Origin: Antedon mediterranea
Taxonomy: Eukaryota; Animalia; Echinodermata
DNA length: 64,000 nt
NCBI RefSeq assembly: GCF_964355755.1
Contig: NC_092675.1
Location: 11,093,812-11,157,811 of the forward strand
Direction of reading: 5' to 3'
The position numbers were made by a program, and so were the translations under genes. Shown here one piece after another: positions 55,802 to 64,000 of the stretch. The notes below the pieces were generated by a model. The model ran no database searches and was not told where the DNA came from. It worked only from the letters and a program-made list of their open reading frames with translations. Numbering within the stretch: the first letter of the stretch is position 1; each line of letters starts with the position of its first letter.

Positions 55802-56572
55802 TGTAGAAGCCATTGCTTCTAGTTTAATTAATATTGGGCAAAATATTTGGTTTTCTGTGACAACCTATTGTAATATGAGGAGGTTGCATGGTAACATGCC
55901 TTTTTTGTGTGAAAAGGAAAGAAGACAGGATTTAAGAAGTTAGTTGGAGATTATAAGAGATAAATAGAGAGAGATTTTAGAAAGTTTTTGTATAAATTAC
56001 TGAACCATAGCCAGGGAAAGTTTACAGAATTCGGTAAGCTCAATTCTCTTATCGAATATAGTCATTTTGTTGTGTTATTTGAGATGTTCTTTATGGCTGG
56101 TTCTTTCGGTAGGCTAGGCCTAGATAACTTTGTTTTAACTTTCAGGGACCATCTCATAAGTGTGATATACCTATTGCTTCTATGAAAGCATAACAGTTTA
56201 TATGCTTGTTTTTTGGTTAAATTGTTGTTTGAATAGCTAATATTTATGCTCATATTATAATAGTAATATTAATACTGGACACCAATTATGCATTATTATA
56301 GAAGACTGTATTAATTGCGGTTGTTGCTGATGAATAAATGTTAATATTATCATTCTGTCAATTGTTTAAATAAATAGGTCATGTTAAACCAGTTTTAAAT
56401 TAAGAACCAAGAACTTTATAAATAATAGCTAACCATACTATTATGTCATTTTTATTGTTTCACAGTTAATCAACTCTATCACGGTATTGGTATATAAAGA
56501 CTTAAAGGAAGCATATAACCGTGATATTTCGATTCTCGACTCATATATTTCTCTGGACCCTCGACAGTAATA
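55802..56572 (+). repeat. 5' LTR of the BEL element
   Basis: TGTAGAAGCC...GGACCCTCGACAGTAATA, direct repeat of 62284-63057. Confidence 0.92.
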
Positions 56573-56602
56573 TCATTAACGAATTCTCTTTTAACTAAGA
56601 AG

Positions 56603-58906
56603 ATGAGTGAAACGACTCCAGCAACTAAACCTAAAGATATTAATCCTGATGCTAAGGCACAAAGGGAAAGAACCTTGACAGAAAAGGGACTGACCCATGC
56701 CATTGAAGTAAAAAGAAAGAAACGTGGCAGTATAATTCAAGAACTAAAAAAGGTACAGGTGTCAATTCAAGAAGCACAATCCAAAAGGGAAATACAAGAC
56801 AAGTATAAGGTATGGATTGGATTGTATGAAAGCTTTTTAGATGAACATGATGAGTTGACGAAATTACTAGACGAAGAAGAAAAGCATCAAGATTATTGGA
56901 AAAATTTTGAGCCTACAGAGAGGGCTCTGAAGGAATTTAAGGAACAGACAGAAGACTCACTAAACGAAGATCCAGTACAAAGAGTGAACATAGATCCTAA
57001 TGATAGCGTATCTCAAGCTGTTTCTCGTAAATCAAGCAGAAGGTCAAGCGGTGGTCAATCTGCCTTGTCCGCTGGTAAATTGAATGAAATTAAAAAACAA
57101 GCTGACTTAAATGCATAGATGGCGGCAATAGAAGTACGTGAGGCGATTGAGCGAGCTAAGTTGGACCTGAAAAATAGAGAAGCCAGACTGGAGCTAAGAA
57201 CAAAACTGGAGGCTTCAGAAGCCAAACAAAGGGCGATTGAAGAAGTCCTTTCATCTCAAAGCCAAGTCTCCATTGCACATCCATACCAACCTGGTGTGAA
57301 CGTAGATGCCAACTTATTTGTGCCTACTCTCAGTCAATTACTAGCCACCACCACACCTGAGAGGTTGTTAGCTACCACCACACCTAAAAGATTGCTAACC
57401 ACCAACACACCGGAAATTAACGACAGGTCAGATGGTCAAGCAAACACTGAAGCGTTGACTTCAGTGATAAAAGAACTTAGAAAACCGGTCTGCGAGATAA
57501 AAAAGTTTGATGGAAACCAGATAGAATATAAGAAATTTATGAGGCAATTCAACAACAGGGTTGTGAAGTTTACGGAGACTGATGATGAGAAGATATACTA
57601 TCTTGAACAATTCACGATGGGAGAAGCGCTAAACATAGCTGAAGGTTACAGCTATCTGGATGCCAAAATAGGATATTCGGCAGTACTTAAAGAGTTTGAA
57701 GAAAGGTATGGAGACCCACAGGTGATTGCAGAAGCCTTTATAAAGAAGGTAATAACTTGGCCAGCAATAAGTAACTCAAAGTCCTTAGACGCCTTTTCTA
57801 TATTTCTAAATGAATGCTCAAGTGCCGTCGAATGTATCCAAGCTATGCAAGTCTTGGAATATTCAGAGAACATAAGATCAATAATTAAAAAGCTACCTTA
57901 CTCATTGCATGAAAAATGGAGAAGCACAGTGCAGAATCTAAAGGACCGAAATGTGATTGTTTCTTTCAAAGAGTTAGTGAAGTTTGTTAAAAGGGAAGCT
58001 AAGAAGGCAAATGACCCAACATATGGTAGGGACGCTTTAGCCTCGAACGGACCTAGTAGCCGACCAAAGGCTGCTACACAAAATCTTCCAAAGGGAACGA
58101 AGGGAAGCTTTGCAACCAGCGTACAATCACAGGATGAAAGAACCGATTCAAGGTCACAACATGGTACATCAAAGCCGGCAGACACTAGGTCATGCTACAT
58201 TTGCAAAAAGGGAGATCATAAAATTGAAAAATGTGGTGTGTTCCTTGCAAAGACTGTGTCGGAAAGAGTTAGTCTACTACAAAGATTTGTTAAATTTTGT
58301 GACGATAATTATCTCCAAATAAATGCATCAAAAACAAAGGAGATGATCATTGATTTTAGGACTAAACATAAATTTAACTTTCAACCAATCACTATCAAAG
58401 GTAAAGAAATTGAAATTGTTGACCAGTACAAGTATCTAGGAATTGTTTTCAATGATAAACTGAGTTGGGGAGACCATATAGACTTCATCAGCAAAAAATT
58501 AAGTCCCAGAATGTATTGTATGAGAACTTTATATAAATTTAACTCCTGTGATTTGATGTTACTTTCGTTCTATAGATCCGTTATATGTAGTGTTTGGACG
58601 TATTGCCTCTCCTGTTGGGCTGGTAATGTTACCGGAGGGAATAAAGGACGCCTTCAAACTTTCATCCGTCGGGCTGGTAAAATGATTGGTCTGGAACTGC
58701 CTTCCTTTACCGATGTGCACCTAGAACACCTCCAGAAAGATTTCGAACGCATTGAGTCGGATGCCTCTCATCCTCTCCACAAAGTGATCATAGACCAACT
58801 TAATCCAAGTGGTAGATTGAGGCTCCTCAGTGTGAAAACAAATCGATTTGCTAAATCCTTTATTCCCTCCGGTATCATCCAGTACAACAGGAAGTCAAGA
58901 AGATAA
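56603..58906 (+). CDS. BEL gag (one internal TAG at 57116-57118) fused in frame to a LINE RT C-terminal region
   Basis: ORFs 56603-57118 and 57119-58906 are in the same frame. The reading switches from gag to LINE sequence at about 58283. Confidence 0.7.
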
Positions 58907-59056
58907 TTTTATATTGTAATTTTTTAGATGTTTTTATATGAATGGTTTTATGCTATATTTGTTTTTATAGTGTTTTCTTTGTTATTATGACGAGCAATGA
59001 ATTTCCTTTTTGAGGATCAATAAAAGTTATCTTATCTTATCTTATCTATCTTATCT
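58283..59056 (+). mobile_element. 5'-truncated Rex1/Babar-like LINE nested in BEL gag
   Basis: RFVKFCDDNYLQINASKTKEMIIDF...YKYLG...SGRLRLLSVKTNRFAKSFIPSGI, then AATAAA at 59019 and a (TCTTA)n tail. TACAA is duplicated at 58278-58282 and 59057-59061. Removing the insert restores SLLQENRRCFGC. Confidence 0.9.
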
Positions 59057-59061
59057 TACAA

Positions 59062-62000
59062 GAGAATAGAAGATGTTTTGGATGCTTGAAATACGGACAT
59101 CGATCAAAGGAATGCCGTAATCGAGCAATATGCTCAACATGCAGCAAGCGACACCCAACGCTTCTTCACCGAACTAATGAGCAAAGTCAGGCAGTAGCAG
59201 TAGAAAATAAAACACAAGTAACTCAAACTGAACAACCTCAAAATAATAGCACAGGACCCTCTTCTCGTACAGGGGCCGGAGACGCACTGTGCACTATGGC
59301 CATCGTGCCCGTAATGGCTAGGTCTCGGAAGAATGGATTGGCTATTGAGACTTACGCATTTCTAGACCCTGGTAGTAGTGTTTCATTTTGTTCTGAAAGG
59401 TTAAAGGAACAATTTGGTCTTGGAGGCCGAAAGGCAAGAATCACGCTTGATACTATGGGCTCGCAATGTTTACTAGACACCAGCATTGTCAATGGACTTG
59501 AGATATGTGATCTTAAAGGAGAAAACTCAATAACGTTACCTAGTGTATACACAAAAGATGGCATGCCTGTTACAAAGGCTCACATACCAAGAATGGAAGA
59601 CGTAGCTCAATGGTCGCATATGAAAGAAATAGAGCTTCCATCCATTGATGCCGATATAGGGCTTCTAATCGATAATGCAGTAGCAGAAGCCTACACGCCT
59701 CTACAAATCATCACTGGGCCTCCTGGGAGCCCCTATGCTTCGAAAACAGCTTTGGGTTGGATTCCGTGGAATGTTGTGAGAAAGAACCAAGGTGAAGAAT
59801 ACAAGAATGAGAGTTGTCCCGCCAACCGTCTAGAAGTAACGGCAATTGAAGAACGGAAAGAAATTAATAAGCTTAACCGTACTGTGGAGAAAGCCATTAG
59901 CATTGACTTTCCAGAAAGGGATAAGGAAGAGCAACAAGAACACTCACAAGATGACCGTAAATTTTTGAAAATAGCAAACGAGACAATGGGATTTAGGAAT
60001 GGCCACTATGAGACAGCTCTTCCCTTTAAGGACAGAAAACAGATAATGCCGAATAATCGTGCAATGGCGGACCAAAGACTGCTGTCGTTAAAAAGGAAAA
60101 TGGAGAGAAACCAAAAGTTTAAAGAGGACTACATTGCGTTTATGGAAAAGCAGATAAGACAGGGACATGCCGAAAATGTCGTGAAAAATAACATCAATTA
60201 TGAGAGAACTTGGTATATTCCTCATCATGGAGTGTACAACCCAAATAAGCCAAATAAGATACGTGTCGTCTTCGACTGTGCAGCAAAGTACCAAGGAATT
60301 GCATTGAACGATGTGCTACTACAAGGCCCGGATCTTACAAATAGTTTAATTGGAGTTCTAGTAAGGTTCCGTCAAAATGAAATAGCTCTTATGTCCGATG
60401 TAGAAGGTATGTTTCTACAGGTTAAAGTTCCTGAACATGATCAAGATTTTATGAGATTCCTCTGGTGGGAAGACGGTAATATTGAGAATGAACCCAGCAT
60501 TTATAGAATGACTTGCCATCTATTTGGAGCAACTTCTTCGCAGTCATGTGCGAATCTTGCTCTGCAGAGAACAGCTACAGATGTAGGTGAAAGATATCCT
60601 CAAGAGGTGGTGACAGCCATAAAAAGAAACTTTTATGTAGATGATTGCTTGGTATCAGTTGAGACTGAAGCAAAAGGAATGGAACTAGCCAAAGGTCTAA
60701 CAGAATTATGCGCAGAAAGAGGATTTAGGCTGACCAAATGGATCAGCAATAGTAGAGCTGTATTGGAGTCAATCCCAATCAATGAACGAGCACCTGAATT
60801 TAAGACACTGAATTTAAGACACTGGATTTAGATAATGCAGAGTTACCAAGCGAAAGAGCACTGGGTGTATGTTGGTCAGCAGAAACCGATAAGTTGGGCT
60901 TTGACATTAAGTTACCTGATAAACCACCTACCCGCCGCGGACTGCTTTCTGTGATAAGTTCTGTTTTCGATCCGCTAGGATTAGTCTCACCTTTCGTCCT
61001 TCCTGCTAAACTGATTCTACAAGAATTATGTCGTAAGGGTTCCGGATGGGACGATAAAATTGATGAAGTGGACTTCAGGCGATGGCAACAATGGCTTGAT
61101 GAGCTAAAACGGCTACAAGAATGGAACATGCCTAGATGTTACATAAGTAAAGGTCTTGGAGAAATAGTTTCACGTCAGCTTCATGTATTCTCTGACGCAA
61201 GCGAGAAAGGATACGGAATGGCAGCATATATGAGGACAAACAAGGTAAAGCTAGATGTTCGCTAGTGTTAGCCAGAAGCCGAGTTACTCCTTTAAAACAT
61301 GTTACTGTACCAAGACTAGAGCTCACTGCTGCAACCATGGCTGTTCGTTTAACTAAGATGTTGCTAGATAAATTAGATGGAGTAGATGAGACCGTTTATT
61401 GGACAGATAGTCAAACTGTTCTGCGCTACCTAAACAATACCACCGCACGTTTTACGACATTCGTAGCAAATAGAGTGACTGCAATACTTGATGCCTCGAG
61501 CCCTACACAATGGAAATATGTACGCAGTGCTAATCATCCGGCTGATGAAGCATCACATGGAATGAAAATTGATGAGTTTCTAAAAAATGATAGGACCATG
61601 AGTCCATCTATCTGAGTTTCTACAGAAATCTTCCGTAGAATGGGAGAAGTGGCAAGAATCACCAGCCTTAAATGTGATACCACTTGACGATCCAGAGGTA
61701 AAAAGACAGGCTCATGCAGCAGTTGTAAATGAAACGCAATCTGCAATGTGCCGATTAGTTGAAAGGTACTCAAGTTTCCGTAAGCTGAAACGTGCTGTAG
61801 CATGGCTGTTGGCTATAAAAGGGAGACTACAGCAAAAGGTATTATTCAGGAAATCTGTAGAGAAGAAACATGAAAGCGAACCTGACTCTAAAGAAAAACC
61901 CGAGAAGGTTATGGCAGAAATAGAGAAGTAGAACGGACCACTTAATCACAGTCTAAACTTGCTACAACTTCAGGTTGCAGAGAAAGAAATAATCAATCAT

Positions 62001-62167
62001 GAGCAGCAAAAAACAGGAAATAATGGTTTGATTGCCCGCGCAATGAGAGGAAGTACGAAGAGATGCAAAGAACTGTTAGATCATGTGTTGTTAAGACTAA
62101 ATCATCAGTAATCGAAAGACCTATAGCTAAATTATGTTTGCTCTTAGAATCTGAGAAAATTGATTAG
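59062..62167 (+). pseudogene. BEL pol (zinc knuckles, protease, RT, RNase H), frameshifted and lacking the integrase core
   Basis: ORFs 59086-60831, 60894-61265, 61265-61615 and 61674-61931. A 14-bp duplication at 60794-60821 shifts the frame. Confidence 0.88.
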
Positions 62168-62283
62168 TATTGTAATATGTTAGTTGAAACTTATACCATT
62201 TTTGAATGACCGATTCAGTTCTTTAGTAGATTTTGTAGTAGTTTAGTAATAGTTTAAATTAGTAAACTATTAAGGGGCCGGAA

Positions 62284-63057
62284 TGTAGAAGCCATTGCTT
62301 CTAGTTTAATTAATATTGGGCAAAATATTTGGTTTTCTGTGGCAACCTATTGTAATATGAGGAGGTTGCATGGTAACATGCCTTTTTTGTGTGAAAAGGA
62401 AAGAAGACAGGATTTAAGAAGTTAGTTGGAGATTATAAGAGATAAATAGAGAGAGATTTTAGAAAGTTTTTGTATAAATTACTGAACCATAAGCCAGGGA
62501 AAGTTTACAGAATTCGGTAAGCTCAATTCTCTTATCGAATATAGTCATTTTGTTGTGTTATTTGAGATGTTCTTTATGGCTGGTACTTTCGGTAGGCTAG
62601 GCCTAGATAACTTTGTTTTAACTTTCAGGGACCATCTCATAAGTGAGATATACCCATTGCTTCTATGAAAGCATAACAGTTTATATGCTTGTTTTTTGGT
62701 TAAATTGTTGTTTGAATAGCTAATATTTATGCTCATATTATAATAGTAATATTAATACTGGACACCAATTATGCATTATTATAGAAGACTGTATTAATTG
62801 CGGTTGTTGCTGATGGATAAATGGTAATATTATCATTCTGTCAATTGTTTAAATAGGTCATGTTAAACCAGTTTTAAATTAAGAACCAATTAACAACTTT
62901 ATAAATAATAGCTAACCATACTATTATGTCATTTTTATTGTTTCACAGTTAATCAACTCTATCACGGTATTGGTATATAAAGACTTAAAGGAAGCATATA
63001 ACCGTGTGATATTTTGATTTTCGACTCGTATATTTCTCTGGACCCTCGACAGTAATA
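62284..63057 (+). repeat. 3' LTR of the BEL element
   Basis: Direct repeat of 55802-56572, preceded by the PPT. Confidence 0.92.
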
Positions 63058-64000
63058 AGTTCCAAGTTGCTGTCTCCGTCAACGTGATCTGTTTTATGTT
63101 TCATTTGGTCGTGTTAATGTTTGTAAAAATGGTTTTATTTCTTGTTTGTCTTCCATGTATAATGATTTTGTTTTTAATTGCCCTGAAGTTGATTTGTTTT
63201 CTGATTCTTTAAGTATGTTTAAACACCATGTACATTGCTATGTTTCCTGTTACCTTGTGGGTGGTGGGTGTTTTAAATCTTTTGGGTATATACATATATA
63301 TTTTATATAGTATCACCTGGAAGTGGGTTTGCACTTTACAATACTTTAGAAGAATTGACTGTAAATATTGCTCAAAATATTTCAGAATGCAAGGGTTCCA
63401 TAAATTGTATTAAATATTTTGCTAACACTAAATATAAGGATATATTGTATGATCTATTAACTTACCTCACTATCAATCTTTTGAAAGTTGAACTAATTTT
63501 CTGAACAAACATAAACTAATCTCTTATAAACAAACTGGGCTCAGTATCTAAAGAATGACAAAGTCTAAAGGGAGGTACCTGTACTTTTTCACACATAATA
63601 GATATGAGGGTATTGAAACTGATTTGAAACTAGACATAGACATTCTAAATTCAACCAAATACTTATTATATTTATAACATGTTAGTGATGTACTAAAAAT
63701 AATACTGGATTATATTATATATATGTGTAGTACTGTAGTTCACTCACTTTCCTTGAATTCATGTGGTTGACCATACTTAACTAATGTAGACTATAATAGA
63801 CCTGGGCTGTAACCACTAAGGTGTCAACTCTTAATAATTAAGTGCCTTATTTTATGGAATTGGTATCTAATAATTACTTGGGTGTGACCTTAATGGATAT
63901 ACCAGCTCTTGGGAGGGGACAAGTAGGGTCACTGAACTGATAAGTTGGACTACTCCTTAAATAGTCATGTATATTCTTTAATTAACACTTTTTGAGTAAC

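Larger units (their letters stand above)
55802..63057 (+). mobile_element. BEL/Pao LTR retrotransposon with both LTRs; integrase core deleted; defective
   Basis: LTRs of about 770 bp at 55802-56572 and 62284-63057, highly similar. TSD AGTTC at 55797-55801 and 63058-63062. PPT AAGGGGCCGGAA. Gag (KFDGN..EY..F, CCHC knuckles), protease (AFLDPGS), RT (WYIPHHGV, RVVFDCAA, FYVDD), Pao RNase H (VFDPLG, FSDASE, PRLEL, WTDS). Only the integrase tail RPIAKLCLL remains. Confidence 0.95.

Noticed and set aside
56062-62736. Duplicate 63-aa minus-strand ORFs (56062-56253 and 62545-62736)
   Set aside because: Same position in the two LTRs; no protein features.
63466-63500. Minus-strand 35-nt segment bounded by AG and GTAAGT as an HSD17B4 exon
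   Set aside because: No frame resembles the expected N-terminal SDR sequence.

Overview
This is AT-rich eukaryotic DNA from an intron-rich invertebrate animal (the TAGGCCTA-rich composition is reminiscent of echinoderms; inference). Host genes were reconstructed by hand from splice sites: the last exon of a WD40-repeat gene (+, about 4105-4490), complete NUDT12 (-, 4 coding exons, 4664-7687), complete KRTCAP2 (+, 4 coding exons, 14994-21118, divergent from NUDT12), and 19 exons of peroxisomal multifunctional enzyme HSD17B4/MFE-2 (-, 25070-50962, ending in AKL; its first exons were not found and probably lie beyond the window). The rest is dense, nested mobile DNA: a frameshifted Gypsy pol, a two-LTR BEL/Pao element with a Rex/Babar-type LINE inserted in frame into gag, LINE remnants, a Penelope fragment with inverted arms and a minimal hammerhead-like motif, Kolobok-type TTAA elements (one with a KolX/P2X7-ballast-like fragment), a Helitron, Helentron/DINE-like elements carrying a tRNA-like Pol III cassette, a 2.2-kb foldback element with a cluster of kB-like palindromes, and two minisatellites (one seeded from a MITE end). 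No CRISPR array, rRNA or convincing functional tRNA was seen. All calls come from reading the sequence; no database search was run.
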